NCBI GenBank assembly: GCA_036172455.1
Contig: JAXKVY010000005.1
Location: 1-64,000, forward strand
Reading direction: 5' to 3'
DNA from: Candidatus Izemoplasma sp.
GTDB lineage: Bacteria > Bacillota_I > Bacilli_A > Izemoplasmatales > Izemoplasmataceae
DNA: 64,000 nucleotides
This document shows, in pieces, positions 52,086 through 61,712 of this stretch. The position numbers and the translations under genes are program-made. Position 1 is the first letter of the stretch, and each line of letters starts with the position of its first letter. The notes beneath the pieces were generated by a model that saw nothing but the letters and a program-made list of their open reading frames with translations, was not told the origin of the DNA and did not search any database.

Positions 52086-53330
52086 ATGGAACTAGCAATA
52101 CAAATCATCATCTATACAATTATCTTAACTACATTTATGTTTGATTGGTGGTTGAGTAAGTTAAATTATGATCATCGAAATACCAAAATTCCTGAAGAAG
52201 TGAATGACATTTATAATGATAGAGAGTATAAGCGATGGCAACAGTATTCGATGGACAATCATCGGTTTACGAAAATAGCGAAATTAATCTCTTTAGCAGT
52301 ATTTCTCATTTTACTTGCAAGTGGTGGTTTTGTACTATTTAATCAGTGGTCAGAAGCGCTTGTACCAAACCGTACACCATTACAGGTAATTGTCTTTATG
52401 GCACCTTATTACATCATAAATCAAATTATCGGGATACCGTTATCATATTATCGTACCTTTGTTATTGAAGAAAAATATGGTTTTAATAAGACAACCAAAA
52501 AGACTTTTGTTTTAGATAAAATTAAAGGTATTCTCTTAACGATCATTTTAGGTGGTGGACTATTATATATGGTTATCTCTTTATATGTGCAAATGCCATC
52601 AGGAACAACATTCTTCATCTTCACATGGTTGAGTTTAGTGATGATCTTTATTGTCATTAATATATTATATGTACCTGTATTTGTTCCTTTATTTAATCAG
52701 TTAACGCCACTTGAAGACGGCTCCTTAAGGGATAAAATTATAGATTTTGCTGAAGGGGTTGGGTATGAAGTTAATAAGATTAGTGTGATGGATGCTTCTA
52801 AGCGTTCAACTAAGTTAAATGCCTTTTTCTCAGGATTTGGTAAGTTTAAGAATATTGTATTATTTGATACATTGTTAGATAAGATGAATGAAGAGGAGAT
52901 AGTTGCGGTATTGGCACATGAGATTGGTCATAATAAACATAAACATGTGATCTTTAATATGCTTCAATCGGCCTTTTTATTGACAGTTTACTTAGGTGTC
53001 TTACTGTTAGTGCTTAATGTTTCAGTGTTTAGCACTGCCTTTGGATTTGATACGGTTAACATTGGATTTTCTTTAATTCTATTTACCGTTTTAATCGATC
53101 CAATCTCTATTTTAATTGAGTTAGTTACATCAAGTTTTTCTAGAAAACATGAATATCAAGCGGATGCTTATGCTTCACTCAACACTTCTAATGATGCGAT
53201 GATTCAGGCATTAAAAGTCTTAGCAAAAGAAAATTTTGCTAATCTTACCCCGCATCCACTCTATGTAAAATTACGATATTCTCATCCTCCAACCGCAAAC
53301 CGTATAGCAGCAATTAATGAGGTGACATAA
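52086..53330 (+). CDS. M48 family metallopeptidase (Ste24/HtpX-like)
   Basis: LAHEIGHNKHKH HExxH motif; multi-TM N-terminus. Confidence 0.75.
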   Translation: MELAIQIIIYTIILTTFMFDWWLSKLNYDHRNTKIPEEVNDIYNDREYKRWQQYSMDNHRFTKIAKLISLAVFLILLASGGFVLFNQWSEALVPNRTPLQVIVFMAPYYIINQIIGIPLSYYRTFVIEEKYGFNKTTKKTFVLDKIKGILLTIILGGGLLYMVISLYVQMPSGTTFFIFTWLSLVMIFIVINILYVPVFVPLFNQLTPLEDGSLRDKIIDFAEGVGYEVNKISVMDASKRSTKLNAFFSGFGKFKNIVLFDTLLDKMNEEEIVAVLAHEIGHNKHKHVIFNMLQSAFLLTVYLGVLLLVLNVSVFSTAFGFDTVNIGFSLILFTVLIDPISILIELVTSSFSRKHEYQADAYASLNTSNDAMIQALKVLAKENFANLTPHPLYVKLRYSHPPTANRIAAINEVT

Positions 53331-53331
53331 T

Positions 53332-54063
53332 ATGCGCAAAGGTGTAAAAGTGTATTTATTTCAAGTGTTAGTTCTTGCTTCTTTAGTCGTACTGTATGAT
53401 GTCACGCGTTCATTTCCATTATTAATTGGAGTTATTGCTTTAATTAGTGGTGGATATATCATTTATGGGTTATATTTTAAAATTCGTCCCTTACCCTATT
53501 TAGAAAAGATTGTTAATCCATCAGTGTATATGGAATACATTGAATCAAAAGTGAAAAGACGCGTACCACTTTATTATCCTTTATATAAAGCTTATGGACT
53601 GATTTACCAAAACAAACTAGATGAAGCGGTTAGTGTATATCAAGAAAACACATTGACAATAGATGACTTAAATGAAGATTTATTTCGTGTTTATACATTG
53701 GTTGAAGCACATATTTATTATTACCAAAATAATAAACAAGCACTCATAAATCTAGAAAAACGCATTGAAGGACATAAACACAGAACGTTTGCGGTAGGTC
53801 AAACTATTGTACTTTTTAGACATTTAATTGATGAAGAGTACTACAAAGCTAAAGAATTATTATTACTGTTAATCCCTGAATATAAGACCCGGCTACATAT
53901 TGTTGAAATGGAATATTATTTAGCGCTTGCTTATGGTCAACTTGATAATAAAGAGGATGCATTGGCCGTGATTGATTTTATGCTAGATAAAAACTATCCA
54001 GTATTTTATACAAATTTATTTAAGGAATTAAAAGAAAGAATTACAGAAAATGAAGAGGCTTAA
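53332..54063 (+). CDS. membrane-anchored helical-repeat protein, unknown function
   Basis: Two N-terminal TM helices, then a TPR-like helical region. Confidence 0.4.
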   Translation: MRKGVKVYLFQVLVLASLVVLYDVTRSFPLLIGVIALISGGYIIYGLYFKIRPLPYLEKIVNPSVYMEYIESKVKRRVPLYYPLYKAYGLIYQNKLDEAVSVYQENTLTIDDLNEDLFRVYTLVEAHIYYYQNNKQALINLEKRIEGHKHRTFAVGQTIVLFRHLIDEEYYKAKELLLLLIPEYKTRLHIVEMEYYLALAYGQLDNKEDALAVIDFMLDKNYPVFYTNLFKELKERITENEEA

Positions 54064-54218
54064 CGCCTCTTTTTATTTTATTTAATATAATAATTAATCA
54101 TATTAAACACAAAATTAAATAAATTAATTAAACGTATTGACAAAATCAAATATATAAGATAAACTGTAGTTGTAATTAAAAATATTTAACTTTGAATTAA
54201 TAAATTTAATCAAAGGCG

Positions 54219-54584
54219 GTGAAATACTTGAAAACAAAAAGGATTCTAGACAAAATTGAATCTGGTGACTTAACAGCTGAAGAGGCATTTGAGAAAATGT
54301 ATCCAGTGACAAAAGTAAAACCAGGAAAACGTGCTACATTTATAAAGATAGATGTTCGTGTCCCAGATGAGTCTAAAGGTGTCAATACGTTTTTAAAAAT
54401 ATTGTTTGCGATTCCGATACCTATGATCTTTGCGCGAATGGGCTTGCGGTTAGGTAAACGATTTGCGAAATTAGACAATGATGAGATTGATTTTGATCAA
54501 CTATCACACCTGATCAAATATTCGAAAAATACGAAAATACAAGTAGATTCAAATGATGCACAAGTAGATATTAGAATTATTTAG
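54219..54584 (+). CDS. small protein with SHOCT-like N-terminal helix, paralog of 55108-55473
   Basis: GTG start. RILDKIESGDLTAEEAFEKM, one hydrophobic stretch, and a C-terminal ..KIQVDSNDAQVDIRII motif shared with the third gene. Confidence 0.4.
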   Translation: MKYLKTKRILDKIESGDLTAEEAFEKMYPVTKVKPGKRATFIKIDVRVPDESKGVNTFLKILFAIPIPMIFARMGLRLGKRFAKLDNDEIDFDQLSHLIKYSKNTKIQVDSNDAQVDIRII

Positions 54585-54594
54585 GAGGAATATT

Positions 54595-54951
54595 ATGAAT
54601 AATGTTATAGGAGAATGCCCAATATGTGGCGGAGAATTAGTTGTAAGTAAATTAAGTTGTACATCGTGTAGTACAGAAGTATCAGGAAAGTTTAAGTTAT
54701 CTAAATTTAATCATTTATCAAAAGAAGACTTATATTTTATTGAAGTGTTCATCAAAAATCGCGGAAATATCAAACAAATCGAAAAAGAACTGGGGATTTC
54801 TTATCCAACCGTTAAAAAGAACCTTGATGAAGTTATTGTACATTTAGGGTATGAGGTTACGGATGATGAAAAAGAGAAGAAAGAAGATGTTTTTAAGAAG
54901 TTAGAAAATGGAGAAATTACTGCGAAGGAAGCTGTCAAACTATTGAAGTAG
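54595..54951 (+). CDS. DUF2089-like zinc-ribbon + HTH protein with C-terminal SHOCT-like helix
   Basis: CPICGGEL...CTSC zinc ribbon; HTH LGISYPTVKKNLDEV; C-terminus KLENGEITAKEAVKLLK. GGAGG RBS. Confidence 0.55.
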   Translation: MNNVIGECPICGGELVVSKLSCTSCSTEVSGKFKLSKFNHLSKEDLYFIEVFIKNRGNIKQIEKELGISYPTVKKNLDEVIVHLGYEVTDDEKEKKEDVFKKLENGEITAKEAVKLLK

Positions 54952-54966
54952 ATAGGAGGCAATAAA

Positions 54967-55083
54967 ATGTGTATGTTTATGCATGACAACCTAATGGTTG
55001 ATTATCAGTTGGAACGTGAGAAAAATAAAATATTAATTGATTGTAACTGTAAACATAAAAAGCATGACCGAAAAAAATTATAA
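54967..55083 (+). CDS. 38-codon Cys-rich micro-ORF (MCMFMHDNLMVDYQLEREKNKILIDCNCKHKKHDRKKL)
   Basis: Not in the ORF track. ATAGGAGG RBS 7 nt upstream of the ATG, and it exactly fills the gap between the flanking genes. Confidence 0.3.
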   Translation: MCMFMHDNLMVDYQLEREKNKILIDCNCKHKKHDRKKL

Positions 55084-55107
55084 TATGAATCGAAAGGAGA
55101 AAGTAAA

Positions 55108-55473
55108 ATGGATGATAGAATGAGAATTTTAGAAATGATTGAAAAGAAACAAATTACTGCAGCTGAAGGCGCAGAACTATTAAAAGCATTAGATACAACT
55201 GAGGTAACAAAATTATCCCCAAAAAAAGACGCATTTAAAATGTTCCGTATCAAAATATTAAGTAATGATGGGGACAAAGTAAATGTTCAAATCCCAGTTG
55301 AATTTGCCAAAGTCGCACTAAAGAATGGCAAAGGATTTATGAAAATGGATCAATTAGGTGATCTTGATTTAGATGTTGATATGATCTTGGAAATGATTGA
55401 TAGTGGAACACTTGGTAAAATTGTCGATATTGAATCAGCTGATGGCGATACAGTCGAAATTGTCATCGAATAG
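55108..55473 (+). CDS. small protein with SHOCT-like N-terminal helix, paralog of 54219-54584
   Basis: RILEMIEKKQITAAEGAELLKAL; C-terminus ..KIVDIESADGDTVEIVIE; GAAAGGAGAAAG RBS. Confidence 0.45.
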   Translation: MDDRMRILEMIEKKQITAAEGAELLKALDTTEVTKLSPKKDAFKMFRIKILSNDGDKVNVQIPVEFAKVALKNGKGFMKMDQLGDLDLDVDMILEMIDSGTLGKIVDIESADGDTVEIVIE

Positions 55474-55482
55474 ATTTAATTT

Positions 55483-55509
55483 AAAAAGGGCTTGGTTGAG
55501 CCCTTTTTA
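55483..55509 (+). terminator. rho-independent terminator
   Basis: AAAAAGGGCT-tggttg-AGCCCTTTTT. Confidence 0.75.
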
Positions 55510-55577
55510 CATGTAATTATAACTTTTTATAAAAGTGTGTTATAATAGATAAGAAGGCAAAATATAGAGGTGACAAC

Positions 55578-56927
55578 GTGGTTAGTAAAAATGAGTACTA
55601 CAATGTAGAATTTGTGGATATGACACATGATGGTATGGGGGTTTGTAAGATTGATGGATTCCCTATTTTTGTTGAAAAAGCATTAAAAGGTGAAAAAGCA
55701 GAAATAAAGGTGACTAAAGTAAACAAAAGTTTTGGTTTTGGGCGCTTAATTAATGTTACACATAAATCACCATTTAGAAAAGAACCAATATGTGACTATT
55801 TTGCGGAGTGTGGTGGCTGTAATCTGATGCATATGGATTATCAGATGCAATTAGATTTTAAACAATTTAGAGTCAAAGAAACATTACGCAAATTAGGTAA
55901 AATTGAAACAGAGGTTAAATCAACAGAAGGTATGTTAAATCCATACTATTATCGTAACAAAACAATTATGCCGTATGGTGAAAAAGATGGCAATATGATT
56001 GCTGGTTTGTATCGCAAACGATCACATGATATTATCGACATGAAAAAATGTTCAATTGCACCAAAAATTACATCAGACATCATTCGATATTTAAAGAATG
56101 TGTTTGAAGAACTCAATATACCAGCATATAATGAAGATAATCAAACCGGTGTCATTCGTCACGTTATGATTAGAAATTCATATAAATATGATGATATATC
56201 GGTAACAATTGTGACACAGACAAAAGATTTACCAAAAAAAGATATTATATTAGAGAAATTGACAAACCGATATGAGGAAATTGTATCTGTTATACATAAT
56301 ATCAATAATAAACAGACTAATGTGGTGCTTGGTAAAAAAAGTAAAGTAATCTTTGGTGAAGATTATATTAGAGATGAGATTAATGGTGTATTCTTTAAAA
56401 TATCACATCGCTCTTTTTATCAAATCAATCCATTACAAACAGAAGAAGTCTACAAAAAAGCTTTGGAATATGCTGAGTTAACAGAAAATGATGTTGTTAT
56501 TGATGCCTTCTGTGGTATTGGGACTATTGGCCTTTCAGCTGCTAAACATGTTAAGACTGTTCTAGGTGTTGATGTCGTTAAACAAGCGATACTAGATGCA
56601 AAAGAAAATGCTGAAAACAACAAAATTAATAATGCTAAATTTGTTGCTGGTCGTGCTGAAAAAGTAATCAATTCTTGGGCAAATTACAAAGTTGATACAT
56701 TATTTATAGACCCACCACGTAAAGGTGTACAAAAATCATTCTTAGAAACCGTTAAAGATATGAGAATACCTAAAATTGTATATATTTCTTGCAATGTATC
56801 CACCCTTGCAAGAGACTTAAATTATCTGCAATGCCATGGGTATGAGGTAGAAGAAGTAACACCATTTGATATGTTTCCACAAACAACTCACATTGAGGTT
56901 GTTACAAAAATTAGATACATTGGGTAA
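55578..56927 (+). CDS. 23S rRNA (uracil-5-)-methyltransferase, RumA/RlmD family
   Basis: TRAM domain, a Cys cluster (CDYFAECGGC) and SAM motif DAFCGIGT. GTG start with a GAGGTGA RBS. Confidence 0.8.
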   Translation: MVSKNEYYNVEFVDMTHDGMGVCKIDGFPIFVEKALKGEKAEIKVTKVNKSFGFGRLINVTHKSPFRKEPICDYFAECGGCNLMHMDYQMQLDFKQFRVKETLRKLGKIETEVKSTEGMLNPYYYRNKTIMPYGEKDGNMIAGLYRKRSHDIIDMKKCSIAPKITSDIIRYLKNVFEELNIPAYNEDNQTGVIRHVMIRNSYKYDDISVTIVTQTKDLPKKDIILEKLTNRYEEIVSVIHNINNKQTNVVLGKKSKVIFGEDYIRDEINGVFFKISHRSFYQINPLQTEEVYKKALEYAELTENDVVIDAFCGIGTIGLSAAKHVKTVLGVDVVKQAILDAKENAENNKINNAKFVAGRAEKVINSWANYKVDTLFIDPPRKGVQKSFLETVKDMRIPKIVYISCNVSTLARDLNYLQCHGYEVEEVTPFDMFPQTTHIEVVTKIRYIG

Positions 56928-56981
56928 GATATTGATGTCTTACCTTTTTTTTGTGCTATAATAAGGTGAAGAGGTGGTTTC

Positions 56982-57398
56982 ATGAAACATTTACGTAAGG
57001 AATTATGGTTTAACACTAAACATCGTCGAGAATTTATTAATATCACACGAGATGTACAGAAATGCATTGATGAATCAAAGATACAACATGGATTTGTCTT
57101 AGTTAATGCGATGCACATCACAGCATCTGTGTTTATTAATGATGATGAGTCTGGTTTACATGCTGATTTTGAGCGATTTCTAGAAAAACTTGCCCCTGAA
57201 AAACCGTATGATCAATATGATCATAATGGGTATGAAGATAACGCGGATGCCCATATTAAACGAACAATTATGGGACGTGAAGTAGTCTGTGCAATTACAG
57301 AGGGTAGACTTGATTTTGGTCCGTGGGAGCAAATCTTTTATGGAGAATTTGATGGTATGCGTAAGAAACGTGTATTGGTTAAAATTATTGGTGAATAA
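56982..57398 (+). CDS. YjbQ/UPF0047 family protein (secondary thiamine-phosphate synthase-like)
   Basis: [20 protein letters not shown] pattern; 138 aa. Confidence 0.75.
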   Translation: MKHLRKELWFNTKHRREFINITRDVQKCIDESKIQHGFVLVNAMHITASVFINDDESGLHADFERFLEKLAPEKPYDQYDHNGYEDNADAHIKRTIMGREVVCAITEGRLDFGPWEQIFYGEFDGMRKKRVLVKIIGE

Positions 57399-58405
57399 TG
57401 AGTAATCCCTTTAAAGAAAACGGCTATATGTTACCGATAGCATCAATTAATAACACATATGTAGATGATGACAAAGTAAGTGATTTATTTCAGCTTTCTT
57501 TGATTAAAGAAGCCATCTTAGCCCATAAAGATCAACTTGGATTAAATGAATTAGAAACAAACAAGCATTTATTAGAAAGATTCAATGAATGTATTCAATC
57601 AGAAGTACCCTCTATTAGAAAAACGAGCCTTTCTATCGCGCAACAGTATGGTGAAAGGTTAGCTAAAATATTATGTAACTTCTTTAATCCTTCACAAAGA
57701 ACACTGACAAATCAATCTTCTTGGGATAAAGAACACTGGGAGTATTGGCAAAACATCGAACGTGTTTATCTTGTAGGAGGGATCACATCTCCAATACTTA
57801 CGAAATTGTTTTTCAATGAGATAAAACGTTATTTTAAATCACATAGTATTGATAAAGAAGTGATCTTCATCGCAGGTTCCCAACATCTTGGAACAAAAGG
57901 ATTATCAACCTTAGTCAAAGAGGGAGAATATTTATTGTTTGATTTTGGACAAACAATGATAAAACGTCGTCATCATATAAAAGAACATGGTGAAACTAAA
58001 GTGGATATAATATTAAACCCTGTCCATTCTAAGTACCTTTTTTACAAGGACAGAGATAAAGAAGAACTGCTTCATGTAGCGAAAAAGTTACATAACTATA
58101 TTGTAAAAGTCATTGTTGATACGGCTAACGAAGTTGCCTTTGAAGGGTCTAATATGCATATTGCAATTGCGAATTATTTAAATGATGGGAAGATTTATCC
58201 AAATCGAGGAGGCTATGCTAAACTAGCTAAAATATCATCTCATTATGAATCACATATTAGTCAAGAGTTGAGTCAAGCGTTGGGACGTAAAATTAATGTA
58301 ATATTACATCATGATACATCGGCAATGGCGTTAAATTTTAAAAATGAAGAACAAATCGCAGTTTTATCTGTTGGAACAGCATTTGGAGTTGCATTTCCAG
58401 ACTAA
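57398..58405 (+). CDS. hypothetical protein, possibly an ASKHA-fold (sugar kinase/ROK-like) ATPase
   Basis: LFDFGQT and VYLVGGI resemble the phosphate-1 and adenosine motifs; weak. Confidence 0.35.
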   Translation: MSNPFKENGYMLPIASINNTYVDDDKVSDLFQLSLIKEAILAHKDQLGLNELETNKHLLERFNECIQSEVPSIRKTSLSIAQQYGERLAKILCNFFNPSQRTLTNQSSWDKEHWEYWQNIERVYLVGGITSPILTKLFFNEIKRYFKSHSIDKEVIFIAGSQHLGTKGLSTLVKEGEYLLFDFGQTMIKRRHHIKEHGETKVDIILNPVHSKYLFYKDRDKEELLHVAKKLHNYIVKVIVDTANEVAFEGSNMHIAIANYLNDGKIYPNRGGYAKLAKISSHYESHISQELSQALGRKINVILHHDTSAMALNFKNEEQIAVLSVGTAFGVAFPD

Positions 58406-58447
58406 ACACGTTATAGTAGAACGAATAGAACGAAGAAAGAGGCAATT

Positions 58448-59809
58448 ATGAGTATGTTAAACAAAGGTCAAAAAATACTATTGACCATAAAGAGATTAGG
58501 TATTAATGGAGAAGGAATAGGATACTATAAAAGAAAGGCAGTTTTTGTTGATGGTGCGATTCCACCAGAAGAAGTTATTGTAAAAATTACTAAGGTTCAT
58601 GATAACTATGCCTTTGGTGAAATTGATCGAATTAGACTACGTGCACAACAAAGAACAAAACCATTTTGTCCTTATTATGATGAATGTGGTGGATGCCAAA
58701 TACAGCATATTAACTACAACGAACAGCTTTTACTTAAGCAAGAAATGCTTGAACAAGCATTTGATCGTTACACAAACATAGATACAAAGGATATTTCGTT
58801 TAAATTAATGGAAGGAATGCGGCATCATACTCATTATCGACACAAATCGCAGATGCCAGTAAGAAATACAAAATCTGGATTGACCACAGGTCTTTATAGA
58901 AGGGATTCTAATGACTTAGTTGATGTTGTTCACTGCCCTGTGCATACAGAATTTATCAATCAAACGAATGAAGAAGTTATTGCAATATGTGATAAGCATA
59001 AAATCTATGCGTTCAATCCGAAAACGATGTATGGGATGCTTAGATATATCGTAATTAGACAATCCCATTTAAACGATGAAGTTCAAGTGACATTAGTTGT
59101 AACTATATTTAATAAGGCCTTATTTGATGTTGCAAATGAGATAATTAAATTACCAAATGTTGTAAGCGTGGGAATCTCTAAAAATAGAGACGTTGAGAAT
59201 GTAGAAATATTTGGTGACAACGTAGAGATACTAGCTGGTAAAGATACAATTAGAGAAGGCATTGGAGATATTGTTTATGATTTACAACCTAAAGCTTTTT
59301 ATCAGTTAAATCCCGTACAAGCAATCAAACTCTATCAGTATGTTAAGGAACAGATTGATGATATTGGAAAAAAAACAATCATTGATGGATATTGTGGTGC
59401 TGGTGCTATGAGTTTGTATTTGGCAAAGTCTGCCAAAAAAGTATATGGAATTGATATTTCAAAAGAGTCTATTGAATCTGCTAAACATAATGCTAAAGAA
59501 AATAATTTTGAACATATTACATTCCACCAAGGTGCAATGAAAGATGTCTTACCAAAATTATACGATAAAGGGGTTCAACCAGATGTTGTTGTAATTGATC
59601 CACCAAGAAGTGGACTCCATGATCAGACGATTGATTTATTAAACAGAAATGTCATTGATAAGATTATTTATGTGTCTTGTAATCCAAGTACATTGACTAA
59701 AAATATAAAGTTGCTCTCGAGACGATATAAAGTTAAACATGTTATGTCTTTTGATATGTTTCCGCACACAAGTCACATAGAAAGTGTTACTATTTTAGAA
59801 AAAAGATAA
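58448..59809 (+). CDS. 23S rRNA (uracil-5-)-methyltransferase, RumA family (second paralog)
   Basis: TRAM domain, a Cys cluster (CPYYDECGGC) and SAM motif DGYCGAGA. Confidence 0.8.
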   Translation: MSMLNKGQKILLTIKRLGINGEGIGYYKRKAVFVDGAIPPEEVIVKITKVHDNYAFGEIDRIRLRAQQRTKPFCPYYDECGGCQIQHINYNEQLLLKQEMLEQAFDRYTNIDTKDISFKLMEGMRHHTHYRHKSQMPVRNTKSGLTTGLYRRDSNDLVDVVHCPVHTEFINQTNEEVIAICDKHKIYAFNPKTMYGMLRYIVIRQSHLNDEVQVTLVVTIFNKALFDVANEIIKLPNVVSVGISKNRDVENVEIFGDNVEILAGKDTIREGIGDIVYDLQPKAFYQLNPVQAIKLYQYVKEQIDDIGKKTIIDGYCGAGAMSLYLAKSAKKVYGIDISKESIESAKHNAKENNFEHITFHQGAMKDVLPKLYDKGVQPDVVVIDPPRSGLHDQTIDLLNRNVIDKIIYVSCNPSTLTKNIKLLSRRYKVKHVMSFDMFPHTSHIESVTILEKR

Positions 59810-59812
59810 ATA

Positions 59813-59850
59813 AAACGCTCATAAGGTTAAAATTATGAGCGTTTTTATTT
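59813..59850 (+). terminator. rho-independent terminator
   Basis: 13-bp stem AAAACGCTCATAA/TTATGAGCGTTTT. Confidence 0.75.
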
Positions 59851-59978
59851 TACTTATCAACTTAATGTAGTGCTTTAGTAAAGTGTAAACTAAGGTTTTC
59901 CACATATGTTTTCCACAGTGATATTCGGTTTGAGTTATTATTTGTAATATGATATATCAATTCATTGAATAAAATTAT

Positions 59979-60007
59979 TTGACTTTGGCGAAAACACCAA
60001 TTATAAT
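59979..60007 (+). promoter_or_regulatory. consensus sigma-A promoter
   Basis: TTGACT - 17 nt - TATAAT. Confidence 0.6.
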
Positions 60008-60060
60008 GAGTATAAGGTCAGTGAGTGGGTGGTCATTTGAATAAGCGACAAGAAGCAAAG

Positions 60061-60615
60061 ATGAATACACGTAATCATATTTTAAATATAACAGAAGAGC
60101 TAATTAAAGAAAACGGCTTAGTTAAAGTATCGAGTAAAGATATATCATCACGCGCAGACGTAGCTCAAGGGAGTATATTTTTGCATTTTAGTACCAAAAT
60201 GGATCTTGTTTATCGCGTCTATTCAGACAAAATGGATCTTATTGAAAAATCACTCATGAAATCATGTCGTCTGAACATGTCTAGTGAAAACTTTTTACGC
60301 CAATTTTTGGACATCCATATGACATATGAAGGTATCCTGTCGAGGATGGTTAAAGATTACCCTTATATGGAATCAAAACTAAAGACTAAAGTTGATAATT
60401 TTGAGAATGAAATAAAAAACTTGTTATTTGATTACCTTAGAAAAAACAATGTTCAGAAATTGAGTATTGTTAATTCATTTATCGTAATTGATGCGTTTTA
60501 TGCTCAGATTAAGGAATATCTAAGAGAAAAAACAATATATACTACATCAAATGAGTACTTAAAACAAAAGCAAGGACGTCTAATGAAACTTACTAAAATC
60601 TTATTTGGATATTAA
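60061..60615 (+). CDS. TetR family transcriptional regulator
   Basis: HTH at residues about 5-45 from MNTRNH. The track ORF began at an upstream GTG. Confidence 0.7.
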   Translation: MNTRNHILNITEELIKENGLVKVSSKDISSRADVAQGSIFLHFSTKMDLVYRVYSDKMDLIEKSLMKSCRLNMSSENFLRQFLDIHMTYEGILSRMVKDYPYMESKLKTKVDNFENEIKNLLFDYLRKNNVQKLSIVNSFIVIDAFYAQIKEYLREKTIYTTSNEYLKQKQGRLMKLTKILFGY

Positions 60616-60641
60616 AAAAGAGCTCATTAGCTCTTTTTTGT
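60614..60641. terminator. bidirectional terminator
   Basis: AAAAAAGAGCT-catt-AGCTCTTTTTT overlapping the LacI stop codon. Confidence 0.75.
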
Positions 60642-61601
60642 TGTTTCTCTTTCAATTATTGTTACTGGCAACATGATGTGTTTTTGTTTTAGTTTCTTCT
60701 TCTTAATTAAGGTTAATAGTGTCTCAGTAGCATATATTCCAATATCATCAATTGGCTGCGCAATGGAAGTCAGTTTAGGGTATAACACATTAGCTAATTC
60801 AATATTATCGAATCCAATGATTTCGACATCATCCGGTATGTTATAATCAAGTTTTTGTAAGACACTAATCGCATAGATAGCTATGATGTCACTACTACAA
60901 AAAATACCATCAACATCTGGATGTTTTTTAATAAACATTTCAATGTCATCAATATCAGGTGTTTTAAAATCTAAATCAAATGTATAAATCTCAACATCAT
61001 AGTCATCCATTACTTGATAGAAGCCTTTTGCTCTATCAACGACAGTGATTAGGTCACTAGGTCCTCGAAAATGAATGATTTTTTTTGGTTTAGATTTTAA
61101 TAATTGTTTGGCAGCTAATTCACCACCTTGAACATTGTTTGATGTGATCGATGGAATAGAGTCATCTAGGACGTGATCAATCGTTAGAACAGGTATTTTT
61201 AAATCCATATATGATTTAACTGTTCTCGTGTTAGCTACTAAGATTAATCCATCTATATTATATTGACTAATTACATTGATATATTTCTTTTCTAACTCAA
61301 TATCATCCTTTGAGTTAAAAATCATTAATTTATAGCCTTTTTTAGTTACAGCATCTTCTATTGATTCAATAAGCTCAGCAAAGAAGTATGTTGAAATATG
61401 AGGCACGATAAGACCAATGATATTTGATGTCTTACGGAACAAACTACGTGCTAGTTCGTTTGGCACATATTCTAGTTCATCAATGGCGTCTTGTACCATC
61501 TTACGTGTTTCTTCATTGACATAGCCAGTGTTGTTGATGACACGGGATACTGTAGCAACACTAACATTAGCTTTCTTAGCAACATCTTTGATTGTCGGCA
61601 T
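60627..61601 (-). CDS. LacI family transcriptional regulator
   Basis: N-terminal HTH MPTIKDVAKKANVSVATVSRVIN and a periplasmic-binding-like domain. Confidence 0.85.
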   Translation of the reverse strand: MPTIKDVAKKANVSVATVSRVINNTGYVNEETRKMVQDAIDELEYVPNELARSLFRKTSNIIGLIVPHISTYFFAELIESIEDAVTKKGYKLMIFNSKDDIELEKKYINVISQYNIDGLILVANTRTVKSYMDLKIPVLTIDHVLDDSIPSITSNNVQGGELAAKQLLKSKPKKIIHFRGPSDLITVVDRAKGFYQVMDDYDVEIYTFDLDFKTPDIDDIEMFIKKHPDVDGIFCSSDIIAIYAISVLQKLDYNIPDDVEIIGFDNIELANVLYPKLTSIAQPIDDIGIYATETLLTLIKKKKLKQKHIMLPVTIIERETTKKS

Positions 61602-61712
61602 AAGATCACTCCTTCATTTTAATTATAGTATATAAATATCCTTTTGTAAATTGAAGTTATTTGTTATAATAAGCGGTGTTAAAAGAATGACAAAATCTAA
61701 AGAGGTGGTATA

